DNA of 64,000 nucleotides. It comes from Leptolyngbyaceae cyanobacterium. GTDB lineage: Bacteria; Cyanobacteriota; Cyanobacteriia; Phormidesmidales; Phormidesmidaceae. The stretch covers positions 32,001 to 96,000 of the forward strand of contig JBHJHA010000036.1 in the NCBI GenBank assembly GCA_050331235.1, given 5' to 3'. The notes under the pieces were generated by a model. It saw nothing but the letters and a program-made list of their open reading frames with translations. It was not told the origin of the DNA and did no database searches. Shown here one piece after another: positions 1 through 10,648 of this stretch; positions within the stretch are counted from its first letter, which is position 1, and each line of letters opens with the position of its first letter. Both the position numbers and the translations under genes were made by a program.

Positions 1-1
1 T

Positions 2-802
2 GCCAATTTTGATAGCCCGCCTTTAGGGTATGGACTATTTACGCCAGATGGGGCTTTGATCTCAGGTACCGCCGCCGAGTCAGAAGAAGCGGTCAAAACT
101 GCTGTGAGTCGATTAACTGGCACGCTGGAACGACTTCTATCGGTCAAAATGTTGCGACTGACGACCAATTCAATTTCGTCTCGGCTACCGGTCCGACTCC
201 TCCTAGAAACTCAACAGCCGAAAAGCCCGAGGCTTCTATTAGAAGAAACCCTCCGCGCCCGACAACTCAGCGGCACAGAAGCAAGTCAAGCAGATCAGCT
301 TAGCTACAGTCGCTTAGCGCGTGATCACGCTGAACAATACCAAATGCGCTTGGTCAATGCTGGCGCACAGCGGCTGTACTATCTATTGGTTAGTCTGGTG
401 GAGCGGACGCGTCTGGCCGTCTATTGTCCCCCCCTAAATTTGACCGAAGGTGGGGAAAAGACGGGCCAAGCGATCGCCAGCGAAAGTGTTTTGGGCAGCG
501 ATACAACCCTCAGGTTTCCCCAGCTTGCAGACACTTCGTTTGCGATACAACCGCTACAAGATACTGAAGTATTCGCAATCGTCCTGACTCAGCCCTTTTC
601 GTCAACCTGGAAAGCTATCCGAACGCCAGAATTTCGCCACCAAAGCGATCGCTGGTCCACCGTACCTAAACCGCTGGCAATGACCCAAGCCCTTTACACT
701 GATATTGACCGGGCAAGTGCTGCGCTTAGAGATGCTCCCAACTCTTTGTCTGACAATGTTTTGTCTTTCAATACCAATGCCTGGGCGACATTGTCCCTGT
801 GA
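2..802 (+). CDS. C-terminal part of a large protein, probably cyanobacterial caspase/peptidase C14-family (5'-truncated by window)
   Basis: Frame is open from base 2 through the track's TTG start at 56. The C-terminus (RLTTNSISSRLPVR...NAWATLSL) resembles cyanobacterial caspase-domain protein tails; the catalytic domain is not in the window. Confidence 0.5.
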   Translation, partial: ANFDSPPLGYGLFTPDGALISGTAAESEEAVKTAVSRLTGTLERLLSVKMLRLTTNSISSRLPVRLLLETQQPKSPRLLLEETLRARQLSGTEASQADQLSYSRLARDHAEQYQMRLVNAGAQRLYYLLVSLVERTRLAVYCPPLNLTEGGEKTGQAIASESVLGSDTTLRFPQLADTSFAIQPLQDTEVFAIVLTQPFSSTWKAIRTPEFRHQSDRWSTVPKPLAMTQALYTDIDRASAALRDAPNSLSDNVLSFNTNAWATLSL

Positions 803-1246
803 GCGCGTCTCGTCTGATGGAGACTGTGCCGGTTGAGAAAGGGCGATCGCTAATCCTCGGCTGGCCAGTGATCGCAGTGAGATACCAAGGACCATAACGA
901 GCCAAAGCCAGATTTAGCTACCTGCAAGCGCTGGATTGACTGGGATGAGTTCATTCCCTACCCTTTGCATAAAGGGCTGGGGCCTGCCGATTTTCTGCTC
1001 TTGGGAGACGGGCAATAAGTAGCCCGTTGAACTGGTGTGAGACTGGCGACAGAGCTCAGGATAGGCCGAGCAACAGGAAGCCGTGAATCTCTTAAACGGT
1101 TTTCAGTGGGTTCTGCCCTAAATCGGTTGTTCACTCAATAGATACTATGGCGTGGATGAATCGTTCTTAAGATGTAAGCTAAGATACGATTTCGCTATTA
1201 AACTACAGCTGTATGTCAAGTCTTGTTACCAGCAGCACTGTCCTAA

Positions 1247-1453
1247 ATGTCTAATCAAGCCCGCTTAATTGAATACCTGATTCAAGAAGTAGGGCTAACT
1301 GAGCATGCGGTTGCGCTAGCGGCTCGACAAGCAGGTACACTGCCTAACCTTCTGCCAATTGCACTTTGGAAGTATGGCTTTGTCACCGCTGACCAGCTGA
1401 ATCAAATTTTTGACTGGCTTGAGTCTTTGCAAGTGAGTTCGAATTTCACTTGA
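1247..1453 (+). CDS. DUF2949-family small protein
   Basis: 68 aa with LPIALWKYGFVT..QLNQIFDWLE, typical of cyanobacterial DUF2949. Confidence 0.8.
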   Translation: MSNQARLIEYLIQEVGLTEHAVALAARQAGTLPNLLPIALWKYGFVTADQLNQIFDWLESLQVSSNFT

Positions 1454-2643
1454 CCACATTCGAGCTATGTTTGAGCTCTCAATATTTGTCATGTTGTGTA
1501 GCTTCAACGCATCCGACAACTATCAATGTATGTTGCGATCTCTCTGTGTTGAACCGCAGGTCGCTCATGGCGCTACTGATCAGGATTCGCTGTGCAGCAG
1601 CCACTGTGGCCCTTTCGAGCGGAGACTGTCCTCTGATATCCTCGAAAATTTGGATGACAGAGCTCATCTAATCGCGAAGTCCTTAAGACTCTCAATGTCG
1701 CCTAAATATAAACATCTATCTCTAGATGGATTTTTCGTGGAGTTCATACCTAGGTATTCCATCTTTTGCACAGTTCAAGAAGTTTGTGTAAACCCTTGTC
1801 AGCGGATGAATATCAAATCTTTTGCTGATATTTGCTGCTGAGGACTCATCAGTGCGTTGAAATAGCTTGATTACATCGATGTATGAAAAATGTTGTTTTA
1901 GCAAGGTGCTTGTATTCGTTTTAGCCTTGCTTGACATCGCTCTCTTGCTGGAATGGTCGTCCTGTCAATACTATGGTGATTTTTATCTCAACTCGATCCT
2001 TTAATTATTATTCTATGTGCAAAGCTTTCTTGATATGTGGATGAGATTTATAACAGTGCTCCGTATGAAAGAAACAGTATGACTACAGTCACTAGTCGTT
2101 ACCTTAGATTAATTGAGGCAAATAACCCGGATGATGTCCATGAAATACTCTTAAAGCTTCTATGAAGTTCTAGGTCTCTAATTGCTGGCCCATCCGTGAA
2201 TTTGTATAGTCGAAAATATCTAAAGGTAGGCTCTCTGCTTTGCGGCTTTACGCCAGTTTTTTTGCTGAGTTTGCTCTAGGATTGCATTTTCTCTAGGTGC
2301 TTCTTTTTTTGCTAATAATTTCCCGGCTGTCATTAAAGATTTGTCGAGGTTAATCGAAGAGGATTTCTATGAGTACTTTCTCTGTCGGCATTGCCTGTTG
2401 ATCTGACTTCCCAAGTAATTAATGGGAATAGTCTATAGCTTATTGTCTGTGTCGATATTTTTGTCTGGGGGATGGTGACAGGGTTTCGTCAGTTTTGAGT
2501 GAGCGTTCCTAGCTGATGTAGGTATACGCGTAGCTATCGCTCAGTTCAATGGGATTTTTCTTCCCAGATTGAGCAAGAAGTTGTTTGCCATGATGGTCAA
2601 CTGCTTGGTTTGTTAAAGCTTTGTGTGAAGGGGATCGAAAGCG

Positions 2644-4134
2644 ATGAATGCGAAGTCAACGGTTATTATTGGGGGCGGCCCCGCTGGTCTTACAGCAGGT
2701 TATGAATTGATGAAGCACGGCTTGAGGTCCGTCGTCATTGAGAAGGCCGACAAGGTTGGAGGTATTTCGCGTACTGAGACCTATAAGGGGTACCGATTTG
2801 ATATTGGTGGTCACCGCTTTTTTACTAAGGTCGGTGAGGTTCAAGCCGTTTGGAAGGAGATCTTGGGTGACGATTTTATTCAAACCCCAAGGTTATCTAG
2901 AATCTATTACGGTGGTAAATTCTATGACTACCCATTGGCACTCTTTAAGACGCTGAAGAATTTGGGGCCGATTTGCAGTGCGCAAATTTTGCTGAGCTAT
3001 CTCAAGGCCAAAGCCAAAAAAAAGCTGAATCCCGAGTTCGAGCCGCAAACTTTTGAGGAGTGGGTAACTGACTGTTTTGGTGAGCGCTTATACAAGATCT
3101 TTTTCAAGACCTACACAGAAAAGGTTTGGGGAATTCCCTGTAGCCAAATCAGGGCCGACTGGGCAGCTCAACGAATCAAGAACTTATCTTTGAAGCAGGC
3201 GGTTATCAATGCTCTGTTTGGTAATCAAAACGCCAAAAGCTTGATTAAAAAGTTTGATTATCCCCGTTTGGGGCCTGGCATGATGTGGGAAAAGTGCCAG
3301 GATATCCTAGATAAGAATGGTTCGCCTGTACATCTCAATACAGAGATTGTGCGTGTGGTGCGAGACGGTACTCGAATCGAGAAGGTGATTGCAAAGCAGG
3401 GCGATCGTACATTTGAACTCCGCGGAGACTATTTTATCAACTCGATGCCTATCACTGCGTTAGTGCGCCGTCTCGACCCTTTGCCCCCAGATCACATCCT
3501 GGAAGCTGCTAAGGGACTGAAGTATCGCGACTTCTTAATTGTCTCTTTGATTATCAATCAAGAGCATCTTTTCCCAGATAACTGGCTATATATCCATAGC
3601 CCTGAATTCAAGGTAGGTCGCATTCAGAACTTTAAAAACTGGAGTGCTGATATGGTTCCTGATACTAGCAAGACGTGCTTAGGCATGGAGTATTTTTGCA
3701 GCGAGGGCGACAGTCTTTGGGAAATGAGTAATGAGGATCTCATCCAGCTTGCTACCCAGGAGATTGTGAAGCTCAATCTGGGTGTCTGTACTGAGGATGT
3801 AGAAGATGGCTGCGTCATCCGCCAGTACAAGGCCTACCCAGTTTATGACGGTGAGTATCGTGAGCATCTGCAGGTTCTACAGGACTACGTGGAGACTTTC
3901 GACAATCTGCAAACTGTTGGCCGTAACGGTATGCATCGGTATAACAACCAAGATCATTCCATGCTGTCGGCACTTTTGGCAGCTAAGAATATTGCTGGAG
4001 AAGAGCATGACATCTGGAATATCAACGTCGAGCGTTCGTATCACGAAAACTTTACCGATGAGGAATGGTCAAAGCTCAAGAAAGCTGCCGTAAGCCCCGC
4101 AAAGGAAATGCCTTCATTGACTCAAGCCGCTTAA
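2644..4134 (+). CDS. FAD-dependent oxidoreductase (protoporphyrinogen oxidase/UDP-galactopyranose mutase-like) of a glycan locus
   Basis: GGGPAG Rossmann motif, FDIGGHRFFTK, GRNGMHRYNNQDHSM. Confidence 0.85.
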   Translation: MNAKSTVIIGGGPAGLTAGYELMKHGLRSVVIEKADKVGGISRTETYKGYRFDIGGHRFFTKVGEVQAVWKEILGDDFIQTPRLSRIYYGGKFYDYPLALFKTLKNLGPICSAQILLSYLKAKAKKKLNPEFEPQTFEEWVTDCFGERLYKIFFKTYTEKVWGIPCSQIRADWAAQRIKNLSLKQAVINALFGNQNAKSLIKKFDYPRLGPGMMWEKCQDILDKNGSPVHLNTEIVRVVRDGTRIEKVIAKQGDRTFELRGDYFINSMPITALVRRLDPLPPDHILEAAKGLKYRDFLIVSLIINQEHLFPDNWLYIHSPEFKVGRIQNFKNWSADMVPDTSKTCLGMEYFCSEGDSLWEMSNEDLIQLATQEIVKLNLGVCTEDVEDGCVIRQYKAYPVYDGEYREHLQVLQDYVETFDNLQTVGRNGMHRYNNQDHSMLSALLAAKNIAGEEHDIWNINVERSYHENFTDEEWSKLKKAAVSPAKEMPSLTQAA

Positions 4135-4150
4135 TCATTGGAAGGACACC

Positions 4151-5074
4151 ATGGCAGACTCTTTGCAACCCTTAGTTTCAGTCATCATTCCTGTCTATAA
4201 TGACGCCGCACGGTTGGCTTTATGTCTAGCAGCGCTAAACAAACAAACCTATCCGCGATCGCAGACAGAAGTCATCGTGATTGATAATGGCTCAGACGAC
4301 TCAGATGTCTTGCGGCGTATTACGCAACTCCATCAACAAGTCACCCTACTCTATGAGTCCACACCGGGTTCATATATTGCACGCAACCGGGGGCTAGACA
4401 ACGCCCACGGGGAAATTATTGCCTTCACCGACGCCGACTGCATTCCTGAAGTCGACTGGCTGGAGAAAGGCGTTAGTCGACTCTGTCAGACTCCGAATTG
4501 TGGTCAGGTAATAGGCAAAGTCAGTTTATTTTTTGCCAATCCTGACCATCCGACCGCTGTGGAGCTGTATGAGAGTTTAACGGCCTTTCCTCAGGAGCGG
4601 CTTCTGCGAGAGCAACGTGGTGGGGCAACAGCGAATGTTTTCACCTGGCGACGGGTGATTGAGCAGGTCGGACCGTTTGACACTCGGCTTAAATCAAATG
4701 GTGACTTGGAATGGGGAGGACGGGTATTTGAGGCGGGCTACGAGCAGGTTTATGCCGATGAGGTAAAAGTTCTACACCCGACCCGACGCTCCTTCAAAGA
4801 GTTGAATAAGCGAACAGCTCGACTCTCTGGTGGAGTTTTTGAACGCTTCATCAAACCGGATGACTCTTTCATTCAACGACAGAAAATGTTTGCTAGGTTG
4901 CTGGTGGATGACTTGACACCACCTGTCCATTTCTTCGTCAATACTTTCCGAAATCCTCATCTGAAGCACTGGCATTACAAACTAAAAGCGGCTTTAGTCA
5001 TTGTAATGGTGCGTTATGTCAGTGCGGGCGAGAAGCTAAGAATAAAGTTTGGAGGAGCCTCTAGCCGAGGCTAA
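4151..5074 (+). CDS. Glycosyltransferase family 2
   Basis: VSVIIPVYN, IDNGS, ARNRG, FTDADC (DXD motif). Confidence 0.9.
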   Translation: MADSLQPLVSVIIPVYNDAARLALCLAALNKQTYPRSQTEVIVIDNGSDDSDVLRRITQLHQQVTLLYESTPGSYIARNRGLDNAHGEIIAFTDADCIPEVDWLEKGVSRLCQTPNCGQVIGKVSLFFANPDHPTAVELYESLTAFPQERLLREQRGGATANVFTWRRVIEQVGPFDTRLKSNGDLEWGGRVFEAGYEQVYADEVKVLHPTRRSFKELNKRTARLSGGVFERFIKPDDSFIQRQKMFARLLVDDLTPPVHFFVNTFRNPHLKHWHYKLKAALVIVMVRYVSAGEKLRIKFGGASSRG

Positions 5075-5081
5075 AACTGAC

Positions 5082-6377
5082 ATGAAAATTGCTTTTATTG
5101 TTGGCCAGTTTCCAGTCCTATCCGAAACTTTTATATTGAATCAGATTGTTGGTGTTATCGAGCGAGGCCATGAAGTTGACATTTTTGCTGAGCGCTGGGG
5201 GGATGTTGAGAAAGTCCATCCTGATGTCACTAAATATAGTCTCTTAGAGCGGACTTATGTCATGCAGTCAATTCCCAATAACCCTGCATTGCGGTTGGCT
5301 GGGGGAATTGGCCTACTATTCAAAACCGCTTGGAAAGCACCAAAATTTTTTCTGAGTGCATTGAATGTATTTGAGCATGGCCTTTTAGCGGCGGGATTAT
5401 GGCTTTTTCATGCAGCGGATGCCCTGTACGATAAACCTTCTTACGATATTATCCATTGTCAATTTGGTACTCAGGGCTATCGAGGTCTATTTTTCAAGCA
5501 CTTAATTCGACCAGAACCTAAGTTGATTGTGATGTTCCGTGGACACGACATCAGTCGCGTAGTCCAAGAACGTGGTAGCCACATATATGATGATTTGTTT
5601 GAGTCAGCAGATTACTTTTTGGCAAACTGCGATTTCTTCAGAAAGCGGGTGGTTGAGCTAGGTTGCCCTAGTAATCTCATTTCTGTCCATTTATCTGGAT
5701 TAGACTGTAGAAAATTTAAGTTTACACCGCGCCAACTGGCCCCACATGAGACCATTCGAGTGGCTACAACTGGCCGGTTAGTAGAGAAGAAAGGCATCGA
5801 GTATGCTATTAGGGCAGTAGCAAAAGTACTGAAAAACTATCCCAATCTGCAGTACGACATCATTGGTGACGGCCCCCTTAGACAAAATTTTGAACATCTT
5901 ATAAAAGCACTCGGTGTCGAGGATCAGGTCAATTTGCTTGGGTGGAGAAATGAACAAGAAATTATTCAAATTCTCAATCAAGCTCATATATTTATTGCTC
6001 CAAGTGTGACAGCTGAGGATGGCAATCAGGATGCGCCCATCAATGTGTTAAAAGAGGCCATGGCCATGGGTTTGCCAGTTGTGAGTACTTTGCATGGTGG
6101 CATCCCAGAGCTTGTACAGGAAGGAAAGTCGGGCTTTCTTGTACCTGAGAGAGATACTGAAGCCCTCGCAGAGAAGCTGAAGTATTTGATTTTGCATCCT
6201 CAGAAATGGGCCGATATGGGTCGAGCTGGCCGACATTTCGTGGAAGAAAACTACGATATCCACAAACTGAATGATCGCCTCGTGCAGCTGTACCACCACC
6301 TTGAGATCAAAAACTCCTGTAAAAGTGAGTTCGAACTGACTAAAAGCAAAAACGATTCTGTTATAGAAACCTTTTAA
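5082..6377 (+). CDS. Glycosyltransferase family 4 (WcaL-like)
   Basis: MKIAFIVGQFPVLSETFILNQI, GRLVEKKG, KEAMAMGLPVVSTLHGGIPELV; ATG at 5082. Confidence 0.9.
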   Translation: MKIAFIVGQFPVLSETFILNQIVGVIERGHEVDIFAERWGDVEKVHPDVTKYSLLERTYVMQSIPNNPALRLAGGIGLLFKTAWKAPKFFLSALNVFEHGLLAAGLWLFHAADALYDKPSYDIIHCQFGTQGYRGLFFKHLIRPEPKLIVMFRGHDISRVVQERGSHIYDDLFESADYFLANCDFFRKRVVELGCPSNLISVHLSGLDCRKFKFTPRQLAPHETIRVATTGRLVEKKGIEYAIRAVAKVLKNYPNLQYDIIGDGPLRQNFEHLIKALGVEDQVNLLGWRNEQEIIQILNQAHIFIAPSVTAEDGNQDAPINVLKEAMAMGLPVVSTLHGGIPELVQEGKSGFLVPERDTEALAEKLKYLILHPQKWADMGRAGRHFVEENYDIHKLNDRLVQLYHHLEIKNSCKSEFELTKSKNDSVIETF

Positions 6378-6411
6378 GTTGTTTCAGCAATATAATTGGC
6401 GAGGAATAATC

Positions 6412-7446
6412 ATGTCAAAAAATAAAATTACCATTGTAGTAGTTCCCAGGGAGCGTTTCAGCTGTACTCAGGCTTCCTTAGAGAGCATATATCAGCACAC
6501 TCAAATGCCATTTGACCTGATATATATAGATGGAAACTCTCCTCCCAAGGTGCAATCTTACTTGCAGCACGAAGCTAGCGAAAGGAAATTCTCGATTATT
6601 CGTACTGAGCATTATTTATTTCCTAATCAAGCGCGAAACATTGGCCGCGTTCATGTCAAAACTCCCTATCTTGTTTTTATTGATAATGATGTTTTGGTAA
6701 CTCCTGGATGGCTGACAGCATTACTTCAGTGTGCTGAAAAGCATCAAGCTGATGTTGTCGGACCGCTGATGTGCCATCACGAACCTTTACATGAGGAGAT
6801 TCATTTCGCAGGCGGAGAATCTCATGTCTGGGTGGATAAAACTGGGCGTAGAAGACTCAGAGAAAAAATGTACCGTCAAGGTCAAAAAGTGGAGGCTGTA
6901 AAACACTTTTTGACCACTGAAGCCACTGAGCTGGCAGAATTTCACTGTGTTTTAGTAAAGCAGTCGATTTTCGAAAAGGTGGGTGCTCTAGATGAAGAAA
7001 TGTGTAATACCAAAGAGCATTTGGATTTTTGCATGGCTGTTAGAGAACAGGGCGGAACTGTCTATTTTGCCGCTGATTCTGTTGTGACCTATGTCCCTGG
7101 TCCCCCTCTGGAGTGGGGCGATTTGCACTATTACATGCTGCGTTGGAGCGATGACTGGACGCTCAGAAGTTTGCGTCGACTGAAAGAAAAATGGAACTTG
7201 TCAGAAGATGCTTATTTCACGACTAAGTATAAGAAGCTGGGATGGCGTCGCAAAATGACAGTGATTGCTCCTGTAGTTAAACGGTTAACCTTTGGGCTGT
7301 ATAGTCCCAAATTGGAAAGGATTTTGATGTGGTTGGATCACCGAATGAATTGTTGGCTAACCAATCGTCACGCCCAGGCACAGCGACGCTATCAGACATC
7401 TACCAGTAGCCTTTCCGAAGTAGTCGCCCGGTCTAAACAGGCGTAG
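6412..7446 (+). CDS. Glycosyltransferase family 2
   Basis: ITIVVVPRERFS, ARNIG, FIDND motif; GAGG RBS before ATG 6412. Confidence 0.85.
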   Translation: MSKNKITIVVVPRERFSCTQASLESIYQHTQMPFDLIYIDGNSPPKVQSYLQHEASERKFSIIRTEHYLFPNQARNIGRVHVKTPYLVFIDNDVLVTPGWLTALLQCAEKHQADVVGPLMCHHEPLHEEIHFAGGESHVWVDKTGRRRLREKMYRQGQKVEAVKHFLTTEATELAEFHCVLVKQSIFEKVGALDEEMCNTKEHLDFCMAVREQGGTVYFAADSVVTYVPGPPLEWGDLHYYMLRWSDDWTLRSLRRLKEKWNLSEDAYFTTKYKKLGWRRKMTVIAPVVKRLTFGLYSPKLERILMWLDHRMNCWLTNRHAQAQRRYQTSTSSLSEVVARSKQA

Positions 7447-7489
7447 CGCATGTAAGTGATATGTGGGGTTTTGTCGCGGAGTGATGATA

Positions 7490-8335
7490 ATGCCATCTGA
7501 AATTGTATATACGCCGGATAGCCTGCTACGTCGACCGCGGTTTTTGTTAAAGATGATGTGGCGCGATTTATTAGCGTCTCGTGAACTTGCCTGGCGGCTC
7601 ATGGTGCGAGACATCAGTGCCCAATATCGACAAGCCGCCTTGGGTATTGTGTGGGCATTCATTCCGCCGATCGCGATGGCGCTGGGCTTTACCCTGGCCA
7701 AAGATGCCAATGTATTCACGGTGGGCGAGACGGATATTCCGTATCCAGCCTATGTCATGTTGAATACCGCACTGTGGCAAACGTTTACCGAGGCGGCTAC
7801 CGGACCCGTGCAGGCAGTTATCCAGGCAAAGCCAATGCTAGCGCGGGTCAACTTTCCCCGCGAGGCTCTCGTGCTTGCCAAGTTGGGAGAAGTCGGATTC
7901 AACTTTGGGATCAAGCTCATCTTGATTACTGGCCTGTTTCTATATTTTCGGGTGCCGGTTAGCTGGACTATTTTGTTGACCCCAGTGGCACTGGTGCATT
8001 TGATTATGCTGGGAACCTTGGTCGGCATTCTTTTAGCGCCCATTGGTGTGCTCTATCAGGATGTTTCCAAAAGTCTAAATATGGTTATGGGATTCTGGCT
8101 GTTTCTAACGCCAGTGATTTATCCGGTGCCCACGGAGGGGCTGTTTGGCGCACTTGTGGCACTCAACCCTGTTACGCCGTTACTGGTTACCCTCCGAGAA
8201 CTCGCGACAACGGGCCTATTGTCCAATTCGACTGGCTTCTGGGTGGTAAGCGCTTTGACTTGGCTAGGTTTATTACTGACTTGGGTTGGCTTTCGTATCG
8301 CGATTCCTTACGTTGTCGAGAGGGTGACGTCCTAA
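7490..8335 (+). CDS. Polysaccharide ABC exporter permease (Wzm/RfbA-like)
   Basis: RDISAQYRQAALGIVWAF, FLTPVIYP, LNPVTPLL; about 6 hydrophobic segments. Confidence 0.9.
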   Translation: MPSEIVYTPDSLLRRPRFLLKMMWRDLLASRELAWRLMVRDISAQYRQAALGIVWAFIPPIAMALGFTLAKDANVFTVGETDIPYPAYVMLNTALWQTFTEAATGPVQAVIQAKPMLARVNFPREALVLAKLGEVGFNFGIKLILITGLFLYFRVPVSWTILLTPVALVHLIMLGTLVGILLAPIGVLYQDVSKSLNMVMGFWLFLTPVIYPVPTEGLFGALVALNPVTPLLVTLRELATTGLLSNSTGFWVVSALTWLGLLLTWVGFRIAIPYVVERVTS

Positions 8336-9658
8336 ATGCTGACTGATAACCAACATCAAACGACTACGCATCGTTCATCAGCCGACCAGCCAGTCGTCTC
8401 CATTGAAGGTGTCTCTAAGAAATTTTGTCGCGACTTGCGACGATCGCTGTTCTACGGTGTGCAAGATATTACCGCTGATCTGACCGGCCTTAAGCGCCAC
8501 AGCGATCGCCTGCGTCCCAAGGAGTTTTGGGCACTGAGTTCTGTTAGTTTTCAGCTATATCGTGGGCAAGCGATCGGCTTAGTGGGCAGCAATGGTGCTG
8601 GTAAGAGCACCCTGCTACGGATTATTAGTGGCCTGATTAAACCTGATATTGGAACAGTCAAAATTCGCGGTCGCCTGGCACCGCTCATTGCCCTAGGAGC
8701 CGGCTTTAATCCGATTTTGACAGGGCGTGAAAATATCTACGCCAATATGTCGATTCTGGGACTGACGACGCGCCAGATTGATCAGCGGTTTCAAGACGTG
8801 GTTGATTTTGCAGAAATTGCCGACGCGATTGATGCTCCGGTCCAGACCTACAGCTCTGGGATGGCGGCTCGTTTAGGGTTTGCCTGTGCCATCTACACTG
8901 AACCCGATATTTTGCTAATTGATGAAGTGCTGGCTGTTGGAGATGCTCGCTTTAAGGCCAAATGCTATCGCCGTCTGTATGAGCTGAGGCAGAAAGGCGT
9001 GGCCTTTATTTTGGTCAATCACAATGCCCAAGCTATCTTGAATATCTGTGATACCGCTGTTTACCTCGCTAAGGGAGCTTTAGTTACGCAAGGTGAGGTT
9101 AGTCAAGTCGTTGACCGCTATGAGCATGACTTATTCCTGAGCAATGTTGAGCGCTCTGAAAATCGGTTGGTGCTGCCGCCAAAGTCGGCAGCCGAAAGTG
9201 CCGGCATTGATATCCGCGAGCTCTGTTTTCGCGATGCTCAAGGGCAAGTTACCCAAACTTTACTGACCGGTGAACCGCTCAGTCTGTGCGTCAAATGTGA
9301 AGCGCACCGCAGATATAGTGACGTCGCGTTAGACATTCGTATCGCCAAAGTGGGTGGAGTGGAGACGGCTGGGTATGTTCTATCGCTGCGCGGACAAAAC
9401 GACGAGGCCTTCTTTGAGGTCGGTAAAGGTCTGTCTGAGATACAAGTCAACTTTCCCGAACTTGGACTTGCCCCTGGAACTTATACGGCTCAGATTCGAG
9501 TGCGCAAAGATGCGATCTATACCTTCGATTTGACAGAGTCGTTTCGATTTACAGTAACTTCTCTGTTCAACATCAATAAATGTCAGTTCTACCAACCTCG
9601 GACTTGGCACATCGTGCCCGCTGCCCAGCCTTTGTCAATCGGTCAGATTCATTCCTAG
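8336..9658 (+). CDS. Polysaccharide ABC exporter ATPase with Wzt C-terminal carbohydrate-binding domain
   Basis: Walker A GSNGAGKS, YSSGMAARLGF, ILLIDEVLAVGD, C-terminal extension of about 170 aa. Confidence 0.92.
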   Translation: MLTDNQHQTTTHRSSADQPVVSIEGVSKKFCRDLRRSLFYGVQDITADLTGLKRHSDRLRPKEFWALSSVSFQLYRGQAIGLVGSNGAGKSTLLRIISGLIKPDIGTVKIRGRLAPLIALGAGFNPILTGRENIYANMSILGLTTRQIDQRFQDVVDFAEIADAIDAPVQTYSSGMAARLGFACAIYTEPDILLIDEVLAVGDARFKAKCYRRLYELRQKGVAFILVNHNAQAILNICDTAVYLAKGALVTQGEVSQVVDRYEHDLFLSNVERSENRLVLPPKSAAESAGIDIRELCFRDAQGQVTQTLLTGEPLSLCVKCEAHRRYSDVALDIRIAKVGGVETAGYVLSLRGQNDEAFFEVGKGLSEIQVNFPELGLAPGTYTAQIRVRKDAIYTFDLTESFRFTVTSLFNINKCQFYQPRTWHIVPAAQPLSIGQIHS

Positions 9659-9670
9659 TGGGTATTTCAC

Positions 9671-10597
9671 ATGGCTTCTCAACCCCAGCTAAGCATTATC
9701 ATTCCAACCCATAATCGACCTCAGCTACTGCCGATCGCTGTGCGGAGTGCGCTGGCTCAGACTTATCAAGACCTTGAGGTCGTCGTAGTGGATGATGCTT
9801 CGACCGAAGTGGCCCAGCTGCCGGACGATCGCCGTTTGCGGGTGATCCGATTGACCACAGGGGTCGGCGGAGCGGGTGCTCGCAATGTTGGTACCGAAGC
9901 CGCACGGGGACGATGGATCACGTATCTGGATGATGATGATTATTTGCTGCCGGAAATGGCTGAAATCTCCCTGGCGGCCTTGGCTAAACAACAGGGTGAT
10001 GGGCCAGTGGGGGTGATTTCGGGTATCAGGAAAGTCGATGAATATGGCAAAGTGCTGTCAACGCGATTGCCGCCTGACTGTTGCCCCCAGGGACGTCATT
10101 TTTTCCTAGAGCCTCTGCCGATTGGCCGCTCATACCACACAAAGCAAACGTTGGTTGTTGAGAAGAATATCGTGCTGAAAATTGGCGGCTGGGACGAAAC
10201 CTTCCGCTCCCGAGTACATTCTGAGTTTTTCCTCCGATTAAATCCTGTTTGCAAAATCGTTGGCTTGCCGACGGTGACGTATCATTTGCTGTCTCATTCA
10301 GGCAGTCGTGTTTCGGGTAACTCCGATTTGCGCCAAGCCAGTTTCACACAACTGATACAAAAGCATAAAGGTATTTTTTCCGCCCATCCCAAAATGTTCG
10401 CAGAGTTTGTCTATAAGCACGCGCTGAAATCTTACGAAGTGGGACAGGTCCGCTCAGCGATCTCGCATCTGTTCTGGGCGCTCAGACTCCATCCACGCCA
10501 TATTGCCGGTTTGCTGAAATGGTCAGTGGGGTCACAGTTCAATCAAACAATTCAATCGTCCCAGTTACCCTCAAAGACTGTGCCACCTAGCGAATAG
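9671..10597 (+). CDS. Glycosyltransferase family 2
   Basis: SIIIPTHNR, VVDDAS, ARNVG, YLDDDD. Confidence 0.9.
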   Translation: MASQPQLSIIIPTHNRPQLLPIAVRSALAQTYQDLEVVVVDDASTEVAQLPDDRRLRVIRLTTGVGGAGARNVGTEAARGRWITYLDDDDYLLPEMAEISLAALAKQQGDGPVGVISGIRKVDEYGKVLSTRLPPDCCPQGRHFFLEPLPIGRSYHTKQTLVVEKNIVLKIGGWDETFRSRVHSEFFLRLNPVCKIVGLPTVTYHLLSHSGSRVSGNSDLRQASFTQLIQKHKGIFSAHPKMFAEFVYKHALKSYEVGQVRSAISHLFWALRLHPRHIAGLLKWSVGSQFNQTIQSSQLPSKTVPPSE

Positions 10598-10648
10598 CCT
10601 GGGCCGCGCTCTTTTCTGGCATGACTTGATAATTATGCGGAGATTTCT

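Noticed and set aside
900..1130. Possible riboswitch/ncRNA (ACGGGC-N8-GCCCGT hairpin)
   Set aside because: No match to any family consensus I can recognise; an Rfam/Infernal search would be needed.
1450..1937. Short overlapping ORFs downstream of the DUF2949 gene
   Set aside because: No recognisable motifs; the two minus-strand ORFs share a frame but are separated by several stops.
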